Shown here in pieces: positions 7,375-16,431 of a DNA stretch of 56,369 bases. The notes under the pieces are model-generated. The model saw nothing but the letters and a program-made list of their open reading frames with translations. It was not told where the DNA came from and ran no database searches. The stretch is from a virus (lineage: Duplodnaviria > Caudoviricetes). Within the stretch, counting starts at the first letter, position 1, and every line of letters starts with the position of its first letter. The stretch spans positions 1-56,369 of IMG/VR virus record IMGVR_UViG_3300031919_000004, one strand, 5' to 3'. The position numbers and the translations under genes are program-made.

Positions 7375-9030
7375 ATGCTTCAAGTGAGCAAGGGACAGGC
7401 GGTGAAACTGGACGGTGAACAATCCCTGTTTGTCAGTTTCAAATATAATCCAATGTATGTGGCAAAGATTAAGTCAATGCCTACCCGTTGGTATCACCCG
7501 GCTGACCGGACTTGGGAAATACCTGTTGAGGATTTAAACCTCTTAATTTTGAAATTCGGAGAACAGAACATACAACTGGAAGGGATTGAGGCAGAGGACA
7601 TAAGGGAAAGGTTAAGAGACATAAAACCGATTATTGATTTTAGGTTTAGAACAAAGCCTTACCCGCACCAAATAGAGGCTTTTAATTATGGCCTCCAAAA
7701 CAGGGTCTTGTTGATTGGGGATGAACAGGGACTTGGTAAGACAAAGGAAGCTATTGACGTAATGGTTGCTCGAAAGGGGCGGGACGGGATAACGGGAGTG
7801 TTGGTAATATGCGGAGTGAACAACCTTAAATATAACTGGCTGGAGGAGATTAAAACACATTCCAAGGAAAAGGCCAGAGTAATTGAGGGAAGCGCCAAAG
7901 AACGGGCGGCTATGTTAAAGAAGGACTTGGGAAAATACTTTTTTCATATTATCAATCTGGAAGCAATACGCAAAAATGAAATTGTTAGAGCGATAGTAAA
8001 ACTGATTGATGACGGGAAAATTCAAGCGGTAATTGTGGATGAAATACACAAAGCTAAAAACGGAATGTCACAGCAGGGAGAGAATTTAAGAAAGATTAAC
8101 CCGCCTATCAAGATGGCACTCACGGGAACTCCGTTAATGAATAAGCCTCACGATTTATGGAACATTTTAGTTTGGTTGGAGGTTGAAAAATCAAACTTCT
8201 ACCAATTCAGACACCGTTACTGTGTAATGGGAGGGTACAAAAATAAACAGGTTGTTGGTTATAAGAACCTTGATGAACTTTCCCATAAGTTGAACAAGGT
8301 AATGCTCCGGCGCAAAAAGGACGAGGTTCTGGATTTACCTGAAAAAATTCATTCTACCGAGTATATTGAGTTGACAGAGAGACAGAAAATAATATATAAT
8401 AATATTCGAGAGGGGATATTACAGCAGATAAACGAAATACTAACATTACCAAACCCCTTGTCGGCGTTAATACGGTTGAGACAATGCACAATAAGCCTTG
8501 ACCTGTTGGACGCTGGCAAAGACGAACCGAAACTTGACCGAGTGGTTGAGTTGGTCGAGGAAATAACGGAGGCAGGGCATAAGGTAGTAATTTTTAGTCA
8601 ATGGACGAAAGTGGTAAATAAACTAAGGAAGAAGTTAAAGAAATTCAATCCGGCGTATATTACAGGGGAAGTGAAGGTTGAGGACAGGAAAAAGATGAAA
8701 GACAAATTTCAAAAAGATAAACGCTGTAAGGTTATGATGGGAACGATAGGAGCAATGGGGACAGGGTTGACATTAACAGCGGGAAGTTATGTTATATTTA
8801 CTGATAAAGATTGGAACCAAGTGAATAATGAACAGGCAGAGGACAGACTTCACAGGATAGGACAGGACTACCCGGTAAATATAATAACCATGATAGCAAA
8901 AGGAACAATTGATGAGCGGGTTGAGGAAATATTAAAGGAGAAAGCAGAATTATTTAGGCAGGTTGTAGAAGGTGAAGCTCGAAGGGTTGACCGGAGAGTA
9001 ATTGAACGGCTATTAATGGAATTAGGATGA
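7375..9030 (+). CDS. SNF2-family helicase/annealing ATPase
   Basis: GDEQGLGKT, VDEIH, LTGTP, GTGLTL, QAEDRLHRIGQ; HARP-like N-term. Confidence 0.92.
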   Translation: MLQVSKGQAVKLDGEQSLFVSFKYNPMYVAKIKSMPTRWYHPADRTWEIPVEDLNLLILKFGEQNIQLEGIEAEDIRERLRDIKPIIDFRFRTKPYPHQIEAFNYGLQNRVLLIGDEQGLGKTKEAIDVMVARKGRDGITGVLVICGVNNLKYNWLEEIKTHSKEKARVIEGSAKERAAMLKKDLGKYFFHIINLEAIRKNEIVRAIVKLIDDGKIQAVIVDEIHKAKNGMSQQGENLRKINPPIKMALTGTPLMNKPHDLWNILVWLEVEKSNFYQFRHRYCVMGGYKNKQVVGYKNLDELSHKLNKVMLRRKKDEVLDLPEKIHSTEYIELTERQKIIYNNIREGILQQINEILTLPNPLSALIRLRQCTISLDLLDAGKDEPKLDRVVELVEEITEAGHKVVIFSQWTKVVNKLRKKLKKFNPAYITGEVKVEDRKKMKDKFQKDKRCKVMMGTIGAMGTGLTLTAGSYVIFTDKDWNQVNNEQAEDRLHRIGQDYPVNIITMIAKGTIDERVEEILKEKAELFRQVVEGEARRVDRRVIERLLMELG

Positions 9031-9044
9031 AAGGGGGATTGAGT

Positions 9045-9374
9045 ATGCCACGGACAGTAAACGGGCAACTTTATTACAGTATCGGAGAGGTAGCGGAGAT
9101 AGTAGGTAAGTCAATTCAAACCATACGGCTTTGGGACGTTTGGAGTGATGAAAGAGAGGAAGAAGGGCAGGAGAGATTTATACCGAAGCCTCTGCGGTTG
9201 ACGAATAGAGATGTTAGGTATTGGAATGATGAGGACATTGCTCAAATACAGGAGTTTTCAGACTCTATTAGATACGGAAGTTTGAGCAAGTATAACCGGA
9301 GGCGTTGGGGCGAAAGAGGGAAAAATATTAAAGTTGACAAGTCACTTGAACACAGGTATGCTGAAATGGTTTAA
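9045..9374 (+). CDS. MerR-type HTH DNA-binding protein
   Basis: YYSIGEVAEIVGKSIQTIRLWD...RYW. Confidence 0.8.
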   Translation: MPRTVNGQLYYSIGEVAEIVGKSIQTIRLWDVWSDEREEEGQERFIPKPLRLTNRDVRYWNDEDIAQIQEFSDSIRYGSLSKYNRRRWGERGKNIKVDKSLEHRYAEMV

Positions 9375-9381
9375 ATTGGAG

Positions 9382-9407
9382 TACCCCCAAAGAGGGGTAT
9401 TTTTTTT
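9382..9407 (+). terminator. Rho-independent terminator
   Basis: TACCCC-loop-GGGGTA followed by T8. Confidence 0.7.
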
Positions 9408-9415
9408 GTCTAATA

Positions 9416-9447
9416 ACTTTAAAAACGGGGGGCAGTTATCGTATATA
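9416..9447 (+). promoter_or_regulatory. class II promoter
   Basis: ACTTTA-N18-CGTATATA. Confidence 0.6.
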
Positions 9448-9469
9448 TATACTGAAAGGAGGTTAAAGC

Positions 9470-9622
9470 ATGACAGAGAGTTTTATCTCCGGTTTTGGAA
9501 TGGCGTTGGGAATACTGGTGGCAATAGTTGTTCCAATAACAATACTGTTCCTGTTGGGAATGGTGAGTGCTTACTTCAGGCGTAGAAGGTGGGTGAAGCG
9601 GAAAAATGCAAGAAAAGATTAG
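9470..9622 (+). CDS. small single-pass membrane protein (50 aa, not in ORF track)
   Basis: SD AAGGAGG; MTESFISGFGMALGILVAIVVPITILFLLGMVSAYFRRRRWVKRKNARKD. Confidence 0.7.
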   Translation: MTESFISGFGMALGILVAIVVPITILFLLGMVSAYFRRRRWVKRKNARKD

Positions 9623-9986
9623 AGAGTATTATGAGCTTAACAAACAAAAGCTCAATGCGGAGGACGTACTTAAAAAACTGAATAAGGAATTGAAAAAAGA
9701 ACTCAAGGGGAAGGGGGAAATGCTTACCGAGGATGAAATTGTTGCTGTAGTCAATCAGCAGGTAAGACGGAGTATGAACGAGGAGAAACTTGCTAACCTG
9801 TTGATTGAGAAGGGGTTTGAGGAGGCTATTGAGTGGAAACCTGTACCTAAAAAGGAGAAGGTTGAGGAGCTTGCCTATGAAGGCAAGATTGGCCCGGAGG
9901 ACTTGGAAAGTTGTATTATTGAGAAGCCTGTTGAGGTCTTGCTAATTGGCAAGCGGGATAAAACAGGGAAAATTAAACCACGATAA
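9606..9986 (+). CDS. hypothetical phage protein
   Basis: 126 aa, coiled-coil N-term. Confidence 0.65.
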   Translation: MQEKIREYYELNKQKLNAEDVLKKLNKELKKELKGKGEMLTEDEIVAVVNQQVRRSMNEEKLANLLIEKGFEEAIEWKPVPKKEKVEELAYEGKIGPEDLESCIIEKPVEVLLIGKRDKTGKIKPR

Positions 9987-10012
9987 AATAAAAATTAGGA
10001 GGCATATGTTAA

Positions 10013-10801
10013 ATGGCTATTATGACCAAGGGCGGATATACGCTGGAGCGGGATTTTGTTGCGGGTGACGTCGTAAAAATGGTTTCTACTGACCCGGTGT
10101 TTAAGTTTGGGGCGGTGAAAACCGGGGACATTGGAATTATTCAAATGGTTCTGCCTGATAGGTTGATTGTGAATTTCTCGACTCAATCCGGTTGGATGGG
10201 CAAGCGTGAGGAATTTGTCCTTGTTAAACCTGTCGGCGGGTTCAAAGAGGGGGACATTGTTGAGGTAATTACTAATGAACCTGTCTACGGAGCTGGCTCG
10301 GTAGGTAATGGAATGGTGGGCAGGGTTGAGCTTGTTAACGGGGAGGAATTGGTTCTCAATGTTTATGGTGTCCACCCTTGTTGGAGTTGTAAGGAGGGTG
10401 AGGTTGCTTTGGCGAAGCGGGAACTCAAGACGCCTTCTTCAAAATTTGATGTTGGGGATATTGTAATTGGCAATGACAAGAACCACTATGCAATTACCCG
10501 GAAAAATGCTTACTGTGTGGTGGTTGAGGTTCACGGTAACGGGCTTATTAGCGTAATGACGGTAGACGGTCGGAATGATACGGTTTACATGGTAAAAGAT
10601 GATATGTTTGACTACGTTACTACTATGGATGACCTTGATAGGGAAGTTGACAAGATTGAGGAAGCTATCAAGCTTGAGCGGGAAGTGCTGGAACAAGTAG
10701 CTGATCATGTTAAGCAACTGGAAGCCTTGAAACAGACGGCTCAAGGTGGCGGGGCAAGTAAGAAAATCCAGAAACACCGCATTGAAAAGGGGCTACATTG
10801 A
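10013..10801 (+). CDS. hypothetical protein with three SH3-like repeats; 3' end probably frameshifted
   Basis: FVAGDVV/FKEGDIV/FDVGDIV repeats; coding sense continues in other frames to ~10966. Confidence 0.6.
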   Translation: MAIMTKGGYTLERDFVAGDVVKMVSTDPVFKFGAVKTGDIGIIQMVLPDRLIVNFSTQSGWMGKREEFVLVKPVGGFKEGDIVEVITNEPVYGAGSVGNGMVGRVELVNGEELVLNVYGVHPCWSCKEGEVALAKRELKTPSSKFDVGDIVIGNDKNHYAITRKNAYCVVVEVHGNGLISVMTVDGRNDTVYMVKDDMFDYVTTMDDLDREVDKIEEAIKLEREVLEQVADHVKQLEALKQTAQGGGASKKIQKHRIEKGLH

Positions 10802-10982
10802 GGAAATGAAAGCTCAAGAGGATGGCGGCAATGAGGTATCCTTTATAGCACGGGCAAACGTAACGGTCTGTTTAGTGCAGAACGGCACAGTCACGGGCAT
10901 TCGATTTGTTCACCGGAGGATGAATTTGACGAGTTGACCGGGCGGCAGACAAAGACCACGAAGTAAAGGAGTTGTGTATATA

Positions 10983-11180
10983 ATGCCACGGGTGAAGGAA
11001 ATTAAGGTTGGTTTAGGGGTATCACTTGACACGGGAGAGGCATGGGTAAAGCCTCATGCCGAACTCGTCCTTGAACTGGACGTTGATGATACTCCGCAAA
11101 ACAGAAAAAAATATTGGGAAAAAGCATGGGCAGAGATACAAGAACAGGTAAGCAAACAACTGAACGAGCTGACGAATTAA
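10983..11180 (+). CDS. hypothetical protein
   Basis: SD AAGGAG, followed by a terminator-like hairpin. Confidence 0.6.
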   Translation: MPRVKEIKVGLGVSLDTGEAWVKPHAELVLELDVDDTPQNRKKYWEKAWAEIQEQVSKQLNELTN

Positions 11181-11192
11181 GTCCCGCAAGGG

Positions 11193-11224
11193 GCTTAATT
11201 TTTTATGTCGCTTTGTTATACATA
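11193..11224 (+). promoter_or_regulatory. class II promoter
   Basis: GCTTAA-N18(..TTGT)-TATACATA. Confidence 0.6.
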
Positions 11225-11245
11225 ATTCTAAAGGAGGGATGAGGT

Positions 11246-11428
11246 TTGACCAATGAAGAAAAGAGCAGGGATCTAATGAGGAACATGGGTGAAGTTGTGG
11301 GATTGGTGGGAGGCGTAACATTTATGCTGGCCTCTGGCACTCCGACAAAGACCAAGATTGTCAAAAAATTAAGGGAGGCAGTTAAATTACTACAACAAGT
11401 AGTAAAGGATATTGAAGGAGGTAGGTAG
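11246..11428 (+). CDS. hypothetical protein
   Basis: SD AAGGAGG, TTG start, 60 aa. Confidence 0.55.
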   Translation: MTNEEKSRDLMRNMGEVVGLVGGVTFMLASGTPTKTKIVKKLREAVKLLQQVVKDIEGGR

Positions 11429-11429
11429 C

Positions 11430-12218
11430 TTGGAGAGCGGATTTACAGTATTACCGACAGTGGTTCTGGAATGTCCTTCATTAAGTCCACAGGCTAAAAT
11501 TGTGTATGCTAAAATAATAGATTTTGCCTTTAATGGATTGTATAGTTATCCCTCACAGGAGACTATTGCTGAACGGTTGAAAGTGCATGAAAGAACGGTT
11601 AGAAGGGCAGTCCAAGAGCTGTTAGAGTTTGGCCTTATTAAAGTCTATAGGAGCAAGGCTTTTGGGAATAATGTGTATGTTCTCGTTCCTCTGGAAAAGG
11701 TCGAAAACCTGCAAGGAGAGTTTAAGCCTGTTGACAAGGGAGAGCAGTATTTATCTCAAAAGGAATTTGATGTTATAGTAAGGAAAGCAGATAGGTTCTT
11801 TAATAGGTACGGGGGCAGGGAGGCGATTGTCTCAGATACATGGGAACAGGCACAGAACAAGATTGAGGCCGAGAATTGGGATGAAATGACTCCGGCTGAT
11901 TTTTGTGTTTACTTTGCACTCAAATTTAAGGGGCAATTCAATGACAACTACGGTATTAGCTGGCGGTATGATACAGCGACCATTAAAAATTTCCTGTTTG
12001 ATGCAGATATAAAAGGGGATGATGCTAAATTCCTCATAGATTGGTTTATTGAGAATTACAATAAGCATTTTGCTAATGACAAGTACAGAACGCCCAGAAT
12101 AGGCCATTTTAAGGTTAACTGGATACGGGAAAAGATTTATAGGTTAATCATGCAGGAGCAGGAAGCCGAGGAATTACAGGAGCAGAATGAGGGAGGTGAG
12201 TATGTTGACCAGTTTTAA
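11430..12218 (+). CDS. replication initiator (HTH_36-type winged helix)
   Basis: GFTVLP...LSPQAKIVY...SYPSQETIAERL; immediately upstream of DnaC-like loader. Confidence 0.8.
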   Translation: MESGFTVLPTVVLECPSLSPQAKIVYAKIIDFAFNGLYSYPSQETIAERLKVHERTVRRAVQELLEFGLIKVYRSKAFGNNVYVLVPLEKVENLQGEFKPVDKGEQYLSQKEFDVIVRKADRFFNRYGGREAIVSDTWEQAQNKIEAENWDEMTPADFCVYFALKFKGQFNDNYGISWRYDTATIKNFLFDADIKGDDAKFLIDWFIENYNKHFANDKYRTPRIGHFKVNWIREKIYRLIMQEQEAEELQEQNEGGEYVDQF

Positions 12219-12891
12219 GTGTTGGGCGGATGACACTTGCAAGAAGCCTCACGAATGTACTGAATTTTGTCCGGGGCATGTATTGCTCAAGGCGTTGTAT
12301 TTACAAAGTAACATGCCTCCTATTTATCAGCATGACTTCAAAATTAATGTAGACAAACGGGACATTGAAGCCTTCAAAATACTTAAAGACTATAGGGATG
12401 ATGTAATAAATAATGTTGAGAGGGGCAGGGGGCTTTATATCTACGGTAAAAACACGGGGACGGGTAAAACTTCGGCGACTTGCAAGATAATGAATGCCTA
12501 TTTTAAGAAAATGGCATTTAGAAGTAACTTAAATTGTCTTGGCGTATTTATTAACGTCCCAATGTTTTTAGAGGATATTAGAAAGAGCTTTGACGGTGAC
12601 AAGGAGGAAATTGAGTCTTTGATTGACCGGCTTATGGACGCTCCGCTGGCTATATTTGATGATATAGGGGCAGAGAAGCCTTCTGATTGGGTACGGGAAA
12701 GGCTTTATACCCTGATTAATGAGAGGGTGGTTAAAGGGTTTGCTAATATTTTTACAAGTAACATGAGCCTCAAGGAATTGGAGGAGGTTCTTGGTCATAG
12801 GATTTCCAGTAGGATATACGGTACTACAAGGCAGATACATTTAAAAGGTGCTGACTATCGAAAGAGTAAAGAAGGTGCTGTCACATGGTGA
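12202..12891 (+). CDS. dnaC: DnaC/IstB-like helicase loader ATPase
   Basis: GKNTGTGKT Walker A, IFDDIGAE, IFTSN, RISSRI, GADYR. Confidence 0.88.
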   Translation: MLTSFKCWADDTCKKPHECTEFCPGHVLLKALYLQSNMPPIYQHDFKINVDKRDIEAFKILKDYRDDVINNVERGRGLYIYGKNTGTGKTSATCKIMNAYFKKMAFRSNLNCLGVFINVPMFLEDIRKSFDGDKEEIESLIDRLMDAPLAIFDDIGAEKPSDWVRERLYTLINERVVKGFANIFTSNMSLKELEEVLGHRISSRIYGTTRQIHLKGADYRKSKEGAVTW

Positions 12892-13169
12892 AAAAACTTG
12901 TTGTAAATGGTGGGTTTGTATGGGTTGATAATATAGATTTTGAATATTTGAGCCAAATTGACGGCAATAAGAAGAATAATACAAGAGCTAATTTAAGGGT
13001 ATGCACTCAATCAGAGAACCTTAAAAATAGTAAGCTCCGTGGTAAGGGTTACTTTTTTGATAAAGGAAAAGGTAAATGGAGAGTCATGTTTAAGGGCAAG
13101 CATGTTGCCTATTGCACCACGGAGGAGGAAGCTATTAAGTTGGTGAGGGGGACGAGAAAAGGATGGTAG
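12885..13169 (+). pseudogene. internally deleted HNH/AP2-type homing endonuclease remnant (frame still open)
   Basis: IDGNKKNNTRANLR is present but the preceding DH catalytic His and N-terminal part are missing; AP2-like KWRV...TEEEA tail. Confidence 0.65.
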
Positions 13170-14413
13170 AACTTCAGTTGATAAACAAAATTCTTGAGGA
13201 GAAGTCACTTAATGTACTGAAGCGGAACAATTTGGACGAGAACCACTTTAATATTGAGCAGAATAAAATTGAATATATCATTGACCATTTTAAGCGGTGG
13301 GGAACGATTCCTGATTTTGCTACCTTCATGGAAAAGTTTCCTGATTTTGAACGGTTGGAGGTAAGTGAGTCCGAGGAATACCTTGCCTACAAGTTGAAAG
13401 AGGCTAAACTTTATGAACAGTTAGTCCCGGTGATAAAACAGGCCGGGGAGAAGTTGAGGGAGGACAGCCTTGAGGCATTACTGTTCCTGAAGGATAACCT
13501 CAATTCAATGGCGCGGAGCCTTGAAATTGGCGAAGGTTCCGACATTGTAAAAGGGGCAGATGCGAGGCTTGCGGAGTACGAGAAGCGGAGGGAAGTTGAA
13601 GGAATTTTAGGTATTTCCACGGGTATCCAACAGTTAGACAGGTTAACTCATGGGTGGATGAAGGAGGATTTAATTACCATATTCGCCCGGACGAATGAGG
13701 GCAAGTCTTGGATATTATTGTTTTTCCTTATGATGGCATGGAGGCAGGGCAAGCGGGTACTCATGTACTCCGGCGAAATGTCAAAGGACATTACCGGGTT
13801 TAGGTTCGACACGTTGAACGCAAACTTCTCAAATATGGGGTTGATGTTGGGAGCAGATAACCTCGGCAGGGGAGAGGAAGAAGTAACCGCAGAGGACTAC
13901 GCTCAATATATACAGGAACTCAAGGAAAGGGAGAGTTTTATTGTTATCACACCGAAGGACTTGGGAGGAAGGAGGCCAACGGTGGATGATATAAGGCGAT
14001 TTGCTGAAAGGTATGAGGCCGATATTATAGGCATTGACCAAATAACCTTGATGGATGACAGGAGAAGGGGCGAAAATAAGCGGATAAGATACACTAACAT
14101 TACCGAGGACTTGTTTGCTTTATCGGAGGACTTGGAGATACCAGTAATGGCGGTAACACAGGCGAACAGGGAAGCGGTAAGAAGTGAACGCTCACCGGAA
14201 TTACACCAAGTTGGAGAGAGTGACGGAATTGCTCAAAACAGTACAAGGGTATTTAGTATGAAGGTAGTTGATAACGTCCTACGGTTAAGTATTAAAAAGA
14301 ACAGATATGGCCTAAATAACCAAGATGTTGTAATGCTTTGGGACATTAACCACGGCATAATTAAACCGTTAGTCAATAATGAGACAGTACATGAGGAGGA
14401 CTACGGTTTCTAA
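13163..14413 (+). CDS. dnaB: replicative DnaB-family helicase
   Basis: ARTNEGKS, YSGEM, IGIDQ, VTQANR, KKNRYG. Confidence 0.9.
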   Translation: MVELQLINKILEEKSLNVLKRNNLDENHFNIEQNKIEYIIDHFKRWGTIPDFATFMEKFPDFERLEVSESEEYLAYKLKEAKLYEQLVPVIKQAGEKLREDSLEALLFLKDNLNSMARSLEIGEGSDIVKGADARLAEYEKRREVEGILGISTGIQQLDRLTHGWMKEDLITIFARTNEGKSWILLFFLMMAWRQGKRVLMYSGEMSKDITGFRFDTLNANFSNMGLMLGADNLGRGEEEVTAEDYAQYIQELKERESFIVITPKDLGGRRPTVDDIRRFAERYEADIIGIDQITLMDDRRRGENKRIRYTNITEDLFALSEDLEIPVMAVTQANREAVRSERSPELHQVGESDGIAQNSTRVFSMKVVDNVLRLSIKKNRYGLNNQDVVMLWDINHGIIKPLVNNETVHEEDYGF

Positions 14414-14435
14414 AAGGCCGAGAGGGGCAGGGGTA

Positions 14436-14555
14436 ATGAAGAACTATTATGAAGTACATGGGGAGAAAATATTTATTAGGTTGGATAGGAAAGACGGTTC
14501 TCATGACCTTGAAAGGTGGTTACAGGATTTAAAAACTTGGAAGGAGGCAGATTAA
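14436..14555 (+). CDS. 39-aa ORF, possible HNH endonuclease N-terminal remnant
   Basis: MKNYYEVHGEKIFIRLDRKDG resembles N-termini of Firmicutes phage HNH proteins; stop overlaps the next ATG. Confidence 0.35.
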   Translation: MKNYYEVHGEKIFIRLDRKDGSHDLERWLQDLKTWKEAD

Positions 14556-15166
14556 TGTTTATTAAAAATACTCAAGTTTACGGGCTGAAGGAAAGCATTA
14601 TTAGGAGTGGATATCCAATGTCACTTGATGCCGACACGGTGGAAACGGAAGGAGTAGAAATAACTGAACAGGATATAAACAGGGCTAAAAGGTTGGCACA
14701 AGTAAAAACTGGGACGGGGCATGATTGTTTCCTAAAGGGGATTATTGTTCAAGCGGATATAACGGCTCCTCAATATTGGTGGTTACAATTTGAACGGTAT
14801 CACTTTTGGGACACTATAAGTAGTATGTCTACAATGCACAGGATTGACCACATGGATATATCGAAGCAATGTAACCAATGGGTAGATGAGCGGGTAATTG
14901 AGGTTCTGAAGGAAAAGGTTGAGGCGTACAATGAAGCGGTCAAAGCATGTTTACCGAAAGAGGTTAGGCAGTTAGCCTTTCAAGAAGTAATTTCAAATGT
15001 TCCAGAGGGGCTAATGCTGACCAAGGGCATATATACGAATTACCTACAGCTCAAGACCATTTATTTTCAGCGGAAGGGACACAAGCTCAAGGAGTGGGAA
15101 ATTTTTAATGATTGGGTAATTTGTTTACCCATGTTCGCTGACCTAATTTTCAAGTACGAAGAATAA
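14555..15166 (+). CDS. ThyX-like (flavin-dependent thymidylate synthase fold) phage protein
   Basis: GHDCFLKGIIVQADITAPQYWWLQFERYHF...SSMSTMH, NYLQLKTIYFQRKGHKLKEW; canonical RHRxxS motif diverged. Confidence 0.65.
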   Translation: MFIKNTQVYGLKESIIRSGYPMSLDADTVETEGVEITEQDINRAKRLAQVKTGTGHDCFLKGIIVQADITAPQYWWLQFERYHFWDTISSMSTMHRIDHMDISKQCNQWVDERVIEVLKEKVEAYNEAVKACLPKEVRQLAFQEVISNVPEGLMLTKGIYTNYLQLKTIYFQRKGHKLKEWEIFNDWVICLPMFADLIFKYEE

Positions 15167-15185
15167 TTTTTTTTTTTCCTGAACT

Positions 15186-15233
15186 ACTGCATCTTGAGAT
15201 AAATACTATCATATATTATCTTAAGATGCTTTT
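15186..15233 (+). promoter_or_regulatory. class II promoter embedded in a 14-bp terminator-like hairpin
   Basis: ACTGCA-N18-CATATATT; GCATCTTGAGATAA/TTATCTTAAGATGC stem followed by TTTT. Confidence 0.6.
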
Positions 15234-15252
15234 CTTATGAGGAGGTGAAACC

Positions 15253-16254
15253 TTGATTTTCGTATGGGGTAAATTAATAATGGCAACGATGGACGAGATT
15301 TTTGAGCATTTACGGGATGAGGTTGACGCAAGAGGGCTACCTTATTTTGAAACGGTGAAATATTCCGGCAGGAATATAATGACTAATTGCATTGTTCATA
15401 AAGGAGGCATGGAACAACACCCCTCAATGGGCATTTCACGGGAAGAAGTTGAACGGAACGGCAAGAAGTATCCGGCAGGAATGGTAAACTGTTTTAAGTG
15501 CGGTTATTCGGTTGACCTACCTACATTTATAGCTGACACGTTGAATTTAGGGAACCCGACAGAAGGCTACAAATGGCTAATTTCTAACTTTGTGTATGGT
15601 GTAGATAGCAAGAGGTCTGAATTGAATATAGACCTAACACGGGAAAAATCAGTATCCAAGACCTTTGATAGAACTGATGTTTCATATTATTATAGTAAGA
15701 GAAAGCAGTATCCACGGGCAACCGAATATCTTACGAAGGAACGGGGTCTAAAGGAGGAGGTACTGAATAGGTTTGAAATAGGGTACAATCCGGCTCATAA
15801 CAGTGTCGTATTTCCGGTGATGGATAGGAAAGGAAATGTTTTATTTTTTAAGGAAAAACCATTGAACAAAGCAGACCAAAGGTATTATAATGAAAGGGGT
15901 GTTGAGAAGTCCAAGACGTTGTACGGAATACATGAGATAAAGCCGGGAGATGTGGTCTATTTAGTGGAGGGGGAAATTGACGCTTTAACTATTTGGGGGT
16001 GGGGATACCCGGCCTGTGCTATTATGGGTTCGGTTATGTTCGAGGAGCAGGTAAAAGAACTCATAAGAGCAGGAATTGACCGGGTAATATTGGCCTTTGA
16101 CAATGATGAGGCTGGACGGAAGGTAACACAGCAAGCAAAGGATCTACTCATTAAAAAAGGAGTCCGAGTTTACTACTTCTATTGGGGCAGCAGGGCAGAA
16201 AAGGACGTTAACGAATTGGATGAAATTGTATTTAAGAATTGTCGAATTTTATGA
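15253..16254 (+). CDS. dnaG: DNA primase (Zn finger + TOPRIM)
   Basis: CIVH...CFKC, LVEGEIDAL, LAFDNDEAG, KDVNE; SD GGAGGTGA with TTG start. Confidence 0.92.
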   Translation: MIFVWGKLIMATMDEIFEHLRDEVDARGLPYFETVKYSGRNIMTNCIVHKGGMEQHPSMGISREEVERNGKKYPAGMVNCFKCGYSVDLPTFIADTLNLGNPTEGYKWLISNFVYGVDSKRSELNIDLTREKSVSKTFDRTDVSYYYSKRKQYPRATEYLTKERGLKEEVLNRFEIGYNPAHNSVVFPVMDRKGNVLFFKEKPLNKADQRYYNERGVEKSKTLYGIHEIKPGDVVYLVEGEIDALTIWGWGYPACAIMGSVMFEEQVKELIRAGIDRVILAFDNDEAGRKVTQQAKDLLIKKGVRVYYFYWGSRAEKDVNELDEIVFKNCRIL

Positions 16255-16268
16255 CATTAAATGGGGCT

Positions 16269-16313
16269 TGTGGATAACTTTACATTGAAATTTCTCAAAC
16301 GGGGCGTTATAAT
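16269..16313 (+). promoter_or_regulatory. sigma-A promoter of the phage sigma gene with adjacent consensus DnaA box
   Basis: TTGAAA-N17-TATAAT (16285-16313); TGTGGATAA at 16269-16277. Confidence 0.7.
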
Positions 16314-16431
16314 GGATTAGGTTACATATTTAGGAATTATTTATAGGTAGATGCGGAAACCCCGCAGGTGTCTAATTAACTTTTTAATCCTTTTTAAGAA
16401 AAATAAAAATTTTGGGGAGGTATCACTTCTA

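Noticed and set aside
16345-16376. Hairpin in the sigma-gene leader as a riboswitch
   Set aside because: Only a short TGCGG/CCGCA stem; no match to an aptamer consensus I can recognise
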